Shown piece by piece: positions 33,227 to 42,890 of a stretch of 64,000 nucleotides of DNA. This stretch comes from Andalucia godoyi And28. Taxonomy: Eukaryota; Protista; Jakobida. The notes under the pieces were generated by a model, which searched no databases, had not been told where the DNA came from, and saw only the letters and a program-made list of their open reading frames with translations. The DNA lies in the NCBI GenBank assembly GCA_009859145.1, contig VRVR01000014.1, forward strand, positions 3,548 through 67,547, given 5' to 3'. Every line of letters begins with the position of its first letter. Within the stretch, counting starts at the first letter, position 1. Position numbers and translations under genes: made by a program.

Positions 33227-33916
33227 TTAGCTGACTGACTTCATGGACTGTTGGGCTGCAGATGTCGAAGAAGAAGAAGACGACGACGACGACGATGATG
33301 AGGAAGCGGAAGCGGAAGAACTCGCAGATGATGCAAATGCGGACCCAGACGTAAGAGCTTCTTGTACTCGCTTCGGAGCCTCTTTTCCTAATTCATGCAT
33401 GGAGTAGACGGTGATTCCAAGGAGCCCGGCAAGTTCATTCATGTCTTTTGCAGACTGATCGATTGGAGCTCCAGTTTTGACGACATCTCTGCGCAGCTCA
33501 AGAATATAAAACTCACGATCATTGTGCGTAAACACCCGGATCACAACGTCCGACGGGCTCCGACACGCATATCCTTTTCGCACAATCTGATGAGTTTGGG
33601 CAAACCCAAGAGTCGGCAGCAGGGAGATCACCGAGCACTCGCATGCTATAAAGGACTGTGTAAACACTCGCGGATCCACATCCAGACGGTCTCCAACCAT
33701 GAGCACTTGTTTGTCGTTGATCACTTTGATCAGCTGCGCATCCTTTTTCCGGATCGTCGAACCCGGTGGTGTATAATAATGATCAAATGTCCATCCAGCC
33801 TCGACCTCGGTAAACTCGCACGGATGAACTCCCGTGACCGCCCGCATTCGCACGAGAACCGAAGGCAAGTCCGCAGGCTTCACCACTGCATGCAGCGTAC
33901 ACTCGACGAACCGCAT
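33227..33916 (-). CDS. MED18: Mediator subunit 18 (Srb5)-like
   Basis: ECTLHAVV...LVRMRAVTG N-terminus; LPTLGFAQTHQIVRKGY...VIRVF and terminal helix AKDMNELAGLL resemble Med18. Confidence 0.65.
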   Translation of the reverse strand: MRFVECTLHAVVKPADLPSVLVRMRAVTGVHPCEFTEVEAGWTFDHYYTPPGSTIRKKDAQLIKVINDKQVLMVGDRLDVDPRVFTQSFIACECSVISLLPTLGFAQTHQIVRKGYACRSPSDVVIRVFTHNDREFYILELRRDVVKTGAPIDQSAKDMNELAGLLGITVYSMHELGKEAPKRVQEALTSGSAFASSASSSASASSSSSSSSSSSSSTSAAQQSMKSVS

Positions 33917-34120
33917 CTGGTGTTGCTATCCTTTCGCGCGCTTTCCTTTCCTTTCTTGTTTTCCACCAACCCCTGTTTTTTCAAGGCGTTTCCTTCGGAC
34001 AGCGTGCGTGCGTCATCATCAACCGGGGAGAAACTCTCTTTGCTGTTGCTGTTTGAGGCTCTGCACAATCGAACTCAATGATTCCTTTACTTTTGGTGTA
34101 CGACGGACGGACAGACGCGC

Positions 34121-35530
34121 TTAAGAATAGATTCGCAGCACATCGTCTAGAGTGGAAGGTATGTGCGTGACTGGGCATGCACTGGACTCCGTCACAAACT
34201 TCCGAAGACATGCGGAACAGCCCACGAAGCCGGATGTTCGCAAAGCACACGGAACAAGAGGGGTCTGCTTGCAAACGCAGCACTTGTTTCGGAGCGTTTG
34301 GGCGGATCTTGAGGACCAAAACGGAGGATTCTTCGGAACTGCTTCCAGGGCATCGTCGTCAACCGCCGAACCGCCGTCTTCAGTTCCGATTGCAAACGGC
34401 GTCTGTGCGCCAGTCTGTGGCGGATCTCGGCGCTGCTGTTGCCCTCGGCGGGACATCGAAACAGTCCACCATTGGATAACCTTGAAAAATACGAATCCGA
34501 GGAAGACAATGAGGCGGACAGTCGACAGCCGCTGCTCCGTGGACCGTCGCGTCTTTGAGTCCATACGCACATATCGTATTCGAAACAATGCCAACAACGG
34601 ATTCCAGAACGTCGAATGACCCATCATGTATCTCGTTTGCAGCCAAAAGACTGCCAATTCGTACAATGACGAAATCGTGGAACAGGCCTTAACAGCAGGA
34701 GACGATGAAGAAAATCCAAGATTGGCAAGTAAAAAGGCATCGATTCGGTCCTTGAATCGCGGAAACCACACCAGCGAGAGAACAGATCCAAGAATTTGCA
34801 ATTTGGACAAGGCGGCATGCGATGCAAGACTTCGATTACTGTTAGTGGTGCTGTTGGCGGTGCTGCTGGTGGTGGGTGATGACCGATCGGACACTGAAGC
34901 ACGTCCTTCGGCGGATTCCAACGCCGAAGAATCTCCAACGTCATTCGGTGGACCGGAAGCATCCAAGGGAGCATCTCCGGGAGCTGCATTCCTTGGACCT
35001 CCCAAAAAGACGGGATCTGCAGCGGCATTGCTCAAAACATTGCTGCTCGACGACGATGCACTCTCTCTGGATACCGAGCCTCGCTTCAAAGACTGGATGA
35101 AATCTTCAAGGTCTGCATTCCCTGTGCTTCGCTCCCTTCTGTTCGTGCCATTTGATTCATTCGGTACTGAGTTATTCTTGATCTGCGCAGTGGCACTGCT
35201 CTCGACAGCCAACTCCGTTGAAAAAGGAACTCGCTGGACTCCGTACAATGCTTCCACCAGTGAAGCATTCGTTCGTTTCAACGACACGGCCTCCGCTGCC
35301 GTCCAGGCCACGGAAAGCATGGTTATGCAGCTGTGAGCCGACCGCGGAGTGATGAGACCTCTTTGCGCGAACGACAGAGCCACATACGAAATCGCAGCTG
35401 GAAGAGCAGCAGAGATTCTATCAATTGCAAATAATTCCATAAAGGATGGAATCGGCGACGATTGAAACGACGAGGACGCAACTACGGATCCACCTATGTC
35501 CGAAAACAGAGTGCTCATCGTGGTAATCAC
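34121..35530 (-). CDS. PEX12: Peroxin 12 (RING peroxin)
   Basis: PSFMELFA..ISAALPAAISY, NASLVEALYGVQR, C-terminal degenerate RING (CCVC...PCAL..SGFVGCSAC...CPVT). Confidence 0.85.
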   Translation of the reverse strand: MITTMSTLFSDIGGSVVASSSFQSSPIPSFMELFAIDRISAALPAAISYVALSFAQRGLITPRSAHSCITMLSVAWTAAEAVSLKRTNASLVEALYGVQRVPFSTELAVESSATAQIKNNSVPNESNGTNRRERSTGNADLEDFIQSLKRGSVSRESASSSSSNVLSNAAADPVFLGGPRNAAPGDAPLDASGPPNDVGDSSALESAEGRASVSDRSSPTTSSTANSTTNSNRSLASHAALSKLQILGSVLSLVWFPRFKDRIDAFLLANLGFSSSSPAVKACSTISSLYELAVFWLQTRYMMGHSTFWNPLLALFRIRYVRMDSKTRRSTEQRLSTVRLIVFLGFVFFKVIQWWTVSMSRRGQQQRRDPPQTGAQTPFAIGTEDGGSAVDDDALEAVPKNPPFWSSRSAQTLRNKCCVCKQTPLVPCALRTSGFVGCSACLRKFVTESSACPVTHIPSTLDDVLRIYS

Positions 35531-35738
35531 TCGTGACAGTGAAATGAATCCCCGTAATTAGAATATAAATAAGCGATTGCTCCAAAGGCGCGCGTCAATC
35601 GTCTGGCATTTCTGTCTGGAAGGAAAAGTCCAGAGTTTCAAACAATGCTTATCCAAGAGGAGAAAAGACGAATGGTAAAAAATGAAGCAGGGAAAAAAGA
35701 AATGTGGATTTTGGTAATTTGAATGGGGAAAAAAAATT

Positions 35739-35810
35739 CTCGAGTGCCGGGAATCGAACCCGGGTCGCCCGCGTGACAGGCGGGAATACTAACCGCTATA
35801 CTACACCCGA
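35739..35810 (-). tRNA. tRNA-Asp(GTC)
   Basis: Cloverleaf: acceptor TCGGGTG/CACTCGA, anticodon arm CCCGC-CTGTCAC-GCGGG, T arm CCGGG-TTCGATT-CCCGG; followed by a T-run terminator. Confidence 0.95.
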
Positions 35811-35999
35811 TCGAGATAGTGTCTCCGGCCTTGGAAAATGAATGTATTGTAAATGCTGAAAACGGAAAGAAAGCGTCGTCGTTGGACGCGAAGGGGGGCG
35901 GGGGAGAGGACAGCAAAGGGCGAGAGCACCGCGCCACCTGGGAGGGCGCTTCCCGCCGCTCAAGGACTACAGCGAGGGAGCGTGATGATGGACCGGGTT

Positions 36000-36917
36000 T
36001 TATGAATAGTACATGTTGATAATGAAGATGGTGCAGTTGAAGCCAAGCAACAACCACAACAAGTACATGACAAACACGACAATGAGCGGATACAGGAAAA
36101 CCTCTTGAGACTGCAGAAAAGGTAGCTCCACGAACCCAGCCCATGTGATGTAAAAGTAGTATGCGTACGCGGCAAGATAGATTGTATTTGACAACACCCG
36201 TGCCAAGAAGCCTTCATGAAGGAGAAACGGAAGCAGGAACAGCTGGAGAACTGAAGACAGGACAAAAAATGCCCAGTATGCGTTGCAATGGATATCAAAG
36301 GCATAGAACCATTCGACGGCATCCTGGTCAGGAGAAAACGAATAGGACCCAACTGATCGTCCGTCTTCAGACGCATTGTCGTCTGCCTGAGGATTCGCGG
36401 AATGCGCCATTGAAATCCTTCTTGGGTCTTTTAGAAACGAGTTTGCAAAGAGCCAGGTGGTAGTCGAAATCACGAGTCCCACAAGCAGAAAGTGGAATGC
36501 AAGACCGCCGAACATAAGGTAGAACCACTTCCCAACCGAAGAGACTTGCATCGTGACCAAGTATGCAATGGAAGAAACAAGGAAAAAGACAGACAGAATC
36601 ACGAAAAACGCTGGATCGTCTCGAGCATATTGTCGCTTGGACGTCTTCCTCGATCGAAAGTACAGAGAATACACAAGCTTGGGATGAACCAGCAGCTCCC
36701 ACATTTGCTCCAGCGCATACTCAATATCCATGTGATTGACCATCATTGCACGCCGCACATACGCACTCAGCGCAGCAAACGTTGGAAACGACCCTTGGTT
36801 GGAATGCGACAAATGGTGTTGCGAATGACCGTGGTTCGACGACGAACCCGAGGCATTTGCATTGGCGTTCGAAGCTCGCGTGTACCTCGAAGACACGGAT
36901 CGGGGAGTAGGAAGCAT
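36000..36917 (-). CDS. UNC50: UNC-50/Gmh1 Golgi membrane protein
   Basis: MDIEYALEQMWELLVHPKLVY, KRQYARDDPAF, VEWFYAFDIHCNAY; multiple TM segments. Confidence 0.93.
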   Translation of the reverse strand: MLPTPRSVSSRYTRASNANANASGSSSNHGHSQHHLSHSNQGSFPTFAALSAYVRRAMMVNHMDIEYALEQMWELLVHPKLVYSLYFRSRKTSKRQYARDDPAFFVILSVFFLVSSIAYLVTMQVSSVGKWFYLMFGGLAFHFLLVGLVISTTTWLFANSFLKDPRRISMAHSANPQADDNASEDGRSVGSYSFSPDQDAVEWFYAFDIHCNAYWAFFVLSSVLQLFLLPFLLHEGFLARVLSNTIYLAAYAYYFYITWAGFVELPFLQSQEVFLYPLIVVFVMYLLWLLLGFNCTIFIINMYYS

Positions 36918-37175
36918 TGTTTCTTTTGCGTCGCGGTCTCGTGCGAATAAAAATCCCAGCAACAACAAGAAGAAAATCTCTCGATCTGCTTTTGCCAAAT
37001 TAATGATAATGACAATTATTATGATAATGATAATGACGCCATAATTTCAATTTTCAGCAAAAACAAAAAAGAAAAGGAAAGGAAACCCGGATGAGAAAAC
37101 TGCTTCGTGTTTTTCGGAGGAGTGGAATTGGAAGATTCCATTCAAGAAGCAATCCAATGTTGGTGATAAATATCG

Positions 37176-37249
37176 GCTTGCGTAGCTCAGCTGGTTAGAG
37201 CGCGGGATTCATAACCCCGAGGTCGGCAGTTCGAGCCTGCCCACAGGCA
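37176..37249 (+). tRNA. tRNA-Met(CAT), elongator type
   Basis: D arm GCTC/GAGC, anticodon loop TTCATAA, T arm GGCAG-TTCGAGC-CTGCC (TTCG, not initiator ATCG); T8 terminator follows. Confidence 0.88.
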
Positions 37250-38265
37250 ACTTTTTTTTCCCCTTTTTTTCCTATCGTCCTTGTCGTCCCTTTAGATGTT
37301 TTTTGCTTTGTTTTTCTGGTGGGTGGATGGGGTGAGAGGTTGGGGGACCCCCGTGACCAGCGATGCAAACTGAAAATACTAGAAACCCAAAAGAGAGAGT
37401 TGCCGGCGCACAAAATAAAGAGAAAAGTCTATTGATTGCATACGAAATGCACGAGCTGCACGATTTTTAATTGAGTGTTGCAAATGAGGACAGCACAATG
37501 CAATGATGTTGCTGAAACCACCGCCTGTGTGCTGCCGTCTGTGTTCAAATCGTTTCACAATGAGGAGGAAATCGTGGTAGGTCTTTGGGGAGGACGGGAT
37601 GGTCTGTCAAGTCGTGCCGGCCAGACCGGCATCATTTCTGTAAGTGGGCTGGTGGGGTTTTGACGCTCGTGCTATTCTTTCAGTTTTCAAGTCCACACAG
37701 TGTTTTCATCATCTGCAGCAACAAGCACACTCACAAAAAAAGCGTATTCAGCGTGTATGCGCATTATTGTTTTTAATAAAAAATGGATTTTAATCATTCG
37801 TCACCCCGACATTGATGAGTGCTGGGGCTGGCGGGATACTCTGGGGTGCCATCTTCCAGCCTCCTTTCACAACCTCCCGACAGACTCGATATGGTTGTAT
37901 GTCGGAACAGATCAATGCAAACATTGTAGGAGCAAATACGAATACGGACTGTTCGGTGTTTGCTGTCGAATCTCCGTTTGATGGTGATGAAGCAGAAAAA
38001 AAAGTCACGCACACGTTGCTCTGCGTCCTATTGTGGTTTCTGTCATCTTGCACAGAACCATAGCAACCAGTCGATCCGACAGCACACGCCTCTTATTGAA
38101 TACCAAACGCATCACTATCATTCTCGTGATATTTCTTCTTCTTTGCTCTATTCATAATAATAATTATTTTAATATTTAAATAAGTGTGATTTCCCCCTCT
38201 CTTTCTCGAAGAAGAACGTGTGTTGTAACGGATATATATATTTGTTTTATATTTATATATGACGA

Positions 38266-40347
38266 ATGACGGACGCTGTGAATGTCAAAGTTGCAGTTCG
38301 AACGCGACCGTTCAATCAACGTGAAAAGGATATGAATGCTGAAGTATGTCTCAAGGTTGAGGGAGATACAGTCTTCATCAGCAATCCGTCCAATGGAAAA
38401 GAAGAAGGATTTACGTTTGACCATGCATACTGGATTGACTCTCCGCAAGAGAGCGTGTACAATGATTTGGGAAGGCCGATTCTGGACAAAGCTCTGGAAG
38501 GTTACAATTCCACGATTTTTGCATATGGGCAAACTGGCGCAGGAAAGACATTTTCCATGTCGGGCAATGCAGCCGACGAAGGAATTATTCCTCGATTGAA
38601 TAAGGAACTGTTTGATCGCATCGAGGAGGAGTCCAACGCACAGCATCAGTATCTGATTACGTGCTCCTTCCTGGAAATCTACAATGAGGATATTCAAGAT
38701 TTGCTGAATCCGTCGGACGAAGAGTTGCGGATTCGACAGCATCCGAAGCTGGGAATCTTTGTCGAAGGACTTGCAGAACTTGTCGTGAAGAGCTTTGATG
38801 ACGTATTCAGCTTGATGAGCCAGGGAAACAAGGTTCGGACGGTGGCTGCAACCAAGATGAACCAGTCTTCGTCTCGATCACATTCTATCTTTACTCTGAA
38901 GATTTCGCAAAAGATTATCGAAGGCACGAAAGAGAGGGTGCTGAGTGCGAAGCTGAACTTGGTCGATCTTGCCGGATCAGAAAGAGCTGCGGCAACAGGT
39001 GCTGAGGGGCAGACGTTAAAGGAGGGCGCAATGATCAATCTTTCTCTGACGTCACTAGGAAATGTCATAAATGCCCTGGCGGATCCAAAAAAGAGGAAGG
39101 GGCACATTCCATATCGGGACTCCAAGCTCACACGGATTTTGCAAGAATCGCTGGGTGGTAACGCAGTGACGTGCATGCTTGCCGCGCTGAGTCCAGCATC
39201 GGTGAACCTTTCCGAAACATACTCAACAATCTTGTTTGCCAGCCGAGCAAAGAATATTACAAACCAGTCCCGGAAGAACGAGGATGAATCCACTCGAGTG
39301 ATTCGGGAATTACGAGAGGAGATCGAGAGGCTTCGAGGAATGATTTCGGGTGGTGGTGTTGCAGCAGCTCCGGTTGCAATGGACACTGGAAAGGTTGCAG
39401 AGATGGAGAATCGGATGAAGGAGCTGGAAGACGTAAAGTCGCAGTCCTGGGAAGAGCAGCAGCGCATGTCGTCCATGTTTGAAGAGGAGCGCAAGAGAAA
39501 CATGGCACAACGTGGACTGATGGATGTTTTGCAGGAAAATCTTCAGAAGGGAAACAAGGAGCTTATGGAATCGATTGCGAGAGCGAAAGATGAAAAGTCC
39601 CGAATTGAAAAGGAATTCGAGGACAAGAAGAAGGAGGCGCAGAAAAAGAAGGAAGAATTCGAGGAAGAGGTGAGCAAATTCAAGGCCGCTGAAAAGGACA
39701 AGTCGTTCGCGTCTGCTGAAGAACGCGCGGAAAAGCTGTCCAGGATTGAGACGCTGAAGCGAAACGTCCTGCAGATCACAGAGGTTCTTAAGGAGCTCAA
39801 AAACACAAAACACAAGCTCGAGAAGGAAGATATTCGCGCGCAGCAAGCACTGATTCTGAACGAGGGGTCGGAGATGCGAAAGCTCATCGAGGAGCGAGAA
39901 AAGGTCAAGATCCAATCGGAGAATGAAGTGTTCTTGGCCGACATGAAAAAAAAGATGGAGCAGCAACTGAAGGAGGAGCGCGATAGAATTTTATTGGAGT
40001 CTCAAAAGCACATTGCAGACACAGATCTGCGGCTTATGAATGAACTACTGGAATTGGAGCGACAGTTGCTGGACGAAAGAGCGTCCCGTCAGATGCTCCT
40101 TCGTCAGGTCAAGAACATCACGGACCAAAAGGATGTCGCAGAGGACAAGGTATTTGAGTTGCAAAAGCAGCTCCGCCAGGAGCGCGAGTCCTTCAAGCTT
40201 ATGTTTGAAAAGTACAAATCGCAAGCGGAGCGCAAGCATTCGCAAGATCTCGAACACGCTGTTCGAGCTATGCTTGCGGCGCAGAGTGACACTGCACGTC
40301 TCCAGAAACGAGTCCAAGATCTCGAGAAGATGCTATCTGAGGCATGA
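38266..40347 (+). CDS. Kinesin motor protein (kinesin-3-like neck) with coiled-coil tail
   Basis: GYNSTIFAYGQTGAGKT, SSRSHSIF, LVDLAGSER, HIPYRDSKLTRILQESLGGN, neck NEDESTRVIRELREEIERLR. Confidence 0.93.
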   Translation: MTDAVNVKVAVRTRPFNQREKDMNAEVCLKVEGDTVFISNPSNGKEEGFTFDHAYWIDSPQESVYNDLGRPILDKALEGYNSTIFAYGQTGAGKTFSMSGNAADEGIIPRLNKELFDRIEEESNAQHQYLITCSFLEIYNEDIQDLLNPSDEELRIRQHPKLGIFVEGLAELVVKSFDDVFSLMSQGNKVRTVAATKMNQSSSRSHSIFTLKISQKIIEGTKERVLSAKLNLVDLAGSERAAATGAEGQTLKEGAMINLSLTSLGNVINALADPKKRKGHIPYRDSKLTRILQESLGGNAVTCMLAALSPASVNLSETYSTILFASRAKNITNQSRKNEDESTRVIRELREEIERLRGMISGGGVAAAPVAMDTGKVAEMENRMKELEDVKSQSWEEQQRMSSMFEEERKRNMAQRGLMDVLQENLQKGNKELMESIARAKDEKSRIEKEFEDKKKEAQKKKEEFEEEVSKFKAAEKDKSFASAEERAEKLSRIETLKRNVLQITEVLKELKNTKHKLEKEDIRAQQALILNEGSEMRKLIEEREKVKIQSENEVFLADMKKKMEQQLKEERDRILLESQKHIADTDLRLMNELLELERQLLDERASRQMLLRQVKNITDQKDVAEDKVFELQKQLRQERESFKLMFEKYKSQAERKHSQDLEHAVRAMLAAQSDTARLQKRVQDLEKMLSEA

Positions 40348-40671
40348 TCTTTATTTTAATTTAATTTTAATTTTATTTTCATTGGACAATTTAGATTCTT
40401 CAAGGTGTACACACATTTTGTTAATACCGCAAAAAGTAGAGTGAGTGAAAGGTTTAAGGGAGTGAGTGTTGTCCTTATTTCGCCATCGCCGTCGCCGTCG
40501 CCGTGCTTTTCTGCTTTGTTTTTTTGTTTTTTTTGTTTTTGGAAGCTCCATGAGGTTTGTTTGCTGTTCGTTCCACGTAAGCAGCAGCCCCAGCATCGCG
40601 CCGAGCAACGATCATCACTATCATGATGTTTCTTCGTTCTAGTATTTATTTATTATTTATTATTCGTTAAT

Positions 40672-42117
40672 TTACAAAACCTTCCTGCGCTTTGCCGGCC
40701 CGTTTTGGGATGCAAGGCAGTTGGCGTGAACAACGTTATCTTCACCGTCCCGGACAGCATCAGAAAACACAAAGTCCTCAATGTCGTCATTGTACCCAAC
40801 TTGAATGAGCTCTCCGCATATTCTACAAACCACTTGCTCATCCTCCTGTGCACGAATCGACAAGTCACCAGCGTGTGAATCTGGTTCTGGCGAGTTCCTT
40901 TTTGAAGAGGAGGGGTGGTCCTTCTTTCCACTCTCTGGACTCGTTTCAAAAAAGAACTGCTCACGATCCACAAATGGAACAAGCGACTTTTCATCCGTCT
41001 CCGCGAGTCCACGCGCAAAACACGGACCTGCATCTTGCCATTCCGCAAGCGACGCAAACCAAGCCCTTGCCAGTCTGTGCTTGGGTTTTGTCCGCGTCCG
41101 TTTTTCCCGAATGGCCGCGTACACCTCATCCACCTTTTTTGCCGTTGACAAGAACCGGCTGAGCAAAGATTCAAATGACGACAGTGCTGGCAGTTGCGGA
41201 TTTCCGTTGGCAACCGGCATTCCTCCTCCAGAGCCCCCAGGTACCGGTGCAATCGGTGGGGGATGCGGTCTAACCGCTGCAGATGGCGGAGGAGCTCCAT
41301 ACGGTGCTTGCACCTGTCCATACAACGAGGGTTGCGGCTGGGCACTCATCGACATCATGTGCGGCTGTTGCATTCCATGTGTCATTTGTGCTTGCATTGC
41401 GTGCATGCCTGGCATCACGCCATACCCAATGCCAACACCCGCGCCTGCCTGTGCAATCAGAGCTTGGAGGCTCGAGTGAGGCACAGCTTGGAATTGAAGT
41501 GGGGGCTGCTGCTGGGCCTGGTGCATGGATGGCTGCAATTGGGACAGGTGCTGGGGCATTCCAAGACCTGGAACCGGAACAGCTGGCTTGGTGTCCTGCA
41601 TTGGTGGACCTCCTTCTGGCCAATTGAGCCTTGCTTCAATGGATCGAAGTATGTACGGAGCGACGCATGCAAACTGGATCCACGTGCGAAACAGCTTTAC
41701 ATACTGCGGGGCAAGCGCAGGGATGTGGGACGAAATGAGCTGGAAAGTCGAAACGAACGTTTCAGCCAGAAATGGCTCAAAATAAGGAATGAACTCTCGA
41801 ACGTTCTTCAGAATGGCATCGAGGACGTAAAACGCCGCAAGCTTGTATTGGAGTTGACACTGTCGCGCATTGTTAGTAAGTTGGTGCATCTTGGATATTT
41901 CCTTCTTCATTTTCATATGCTCTCGCGACAACGCTGTGTGGAAAGAAGGCAGACATACTTGGCGAATGTGGTCCACCACAATTCTTACGATTTCTTGAGC
42001 CGCGCCCAAGTTTTCCCGAGCATACATCACAATTGCATCGATTTTCGCACGGTCCGCCGAGGTCAGGTCGCCCAATATGCGCTTGAGAGGATCGTGTCCA
42101 CCTACAGCATGCTGCAT
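40672..42117 (-). CDS. PCF11: Polyadenylation/termination factor Pcf11-like (2 exons)
   Basis: N-terminal CID (KLAAFYVLDAILKNV), RAWFASLAEW, C-terminal CRICGE...FVFSDAV...VHANC zinc motif; intron 41860-41958. Confidence 0.85.
   Translation of the reverse strand: MQHAVGGHDPLKRILGDLTSADRAKIDAIVMYARENLGAAQEIVRIVVDHIRQVCLPSFHTALSREHMKMKKEISKMHQLTNNARQCQLQYKLAAFYVLDAILKNVREFIPYFEPFLAETFVSTFQLISSHIPALAPQYVKLFRTWIQFACVAPYILRSIEARLNWPEGGPPMQDTKPAVPVPGLGMPQHLSQLQPSMHQAQQQPPLQFQAVPHSSLQALIAQAGAGVGIGYGVMPGMHAMQAQMTHGMQQPHMMSMSAQPQPSLYGQVQAPYGAPPPSAAVRPHPPPIAPVPGGSGGGMPVANGNPQLPALSSFESLLSRFLSTAKKVDEVYAAIREKRTRTKPKHRLARAWFASLAEWQDAGPCFARGLAETDEKSLVPFVDREQFFFETSPESGKKDHPSSSKRNSPEPDSHAGDLSIRAQEDEQVVCRICGELIQVGYNDDIEDFVFSDAVRDGEDNVVHANCLASQNGPAKRRKVL
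41860..41958 (-). other. Spliceosomal intron, 99 nt, in-frame and stop-free
   Basis: 5' GTATGT at 41958, TACTAAC branch point at 41878-41872, 3' CAG at 41862-41860; removal restores a compact CID (HIRQ/CQLQYKLAAFY). Confidence 0.85.
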
Positions 42118-42890
42118 CTTGTTATTTATTTTAAACAAAAAGAAAGAAAAGGGAAAAATATAATAAAATACTTCCTTTCTTCTTCTTCTTCTTCTTCTTC
42201 TTCTTCTTCTTCTTCTTTCTTTTTTTTAAAGTTTCAGAAAGAAAACCAAACAACTCTTTCGGAAACCTGCCTTTCTTTCTTTTTCTCTTTTGGCGACCTT
42301 CCCTTGATCTTTCCCGCTACTCTCAAATGTCTGAATTCACAATAATGAAGCACGATGCTTTGCAGATAGGGGAACGTATAATAAGAAAGAGAAGGAGGAG
42401 AGGGAGAAAAGGAAAAATGCAGCATTCCGAGAAAGGACAGTGCGCTGTTCAACAGGAATCCATTAAGAAAAGAGAAAACCTCGCACTACAGCAGCAAAGG
42501 GGCGAATGCTTGTTTGGCGCGTTCCCCGAGTGTCATGTCACGTCATGAAAATCACGACGTCTGTCGGCCCCATATCTGCATTTTGTGATTCACCGATTGA
42601 TTTCGCCATCCGCATTCTGAAACCTGTTTTTTCCTTCTCTCCCAATGTTTCTTTCCTCCTCTTCTCTCTGTTCTTCATTATTACAATTCATTATACAAGA
42701 CGTTGGGCACTTTACACTTCACCCAGCACGTTTTCCGCCTTATTTATTATTATTATTATTACTATTTAATATTAGATATATTCTCAAGTCTTTTTCCGCT
42801 GTTGTTGGTGTTTCAAAAGGAGCTGCTGATTGCTGAGAACTTTGTGGGCTTCGTTCATTCACAAAAACAAGAAAGAAGGAGAAGAAGAGA

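Noticed and set aside
37335-37372. Minus-strand TTGCATC..GGGGGTCCCCCAAC, similar to the repeat core
   Set aside because: Lacks TAGG, CCTACAT and the downstream motifs; treated as chance.
37475-38063. Small ORFs with a GTAAGT possible 5' splice site at 37640
   Set aside because: No CTAAC branch point, and no splice combination gives a recognisable protein.
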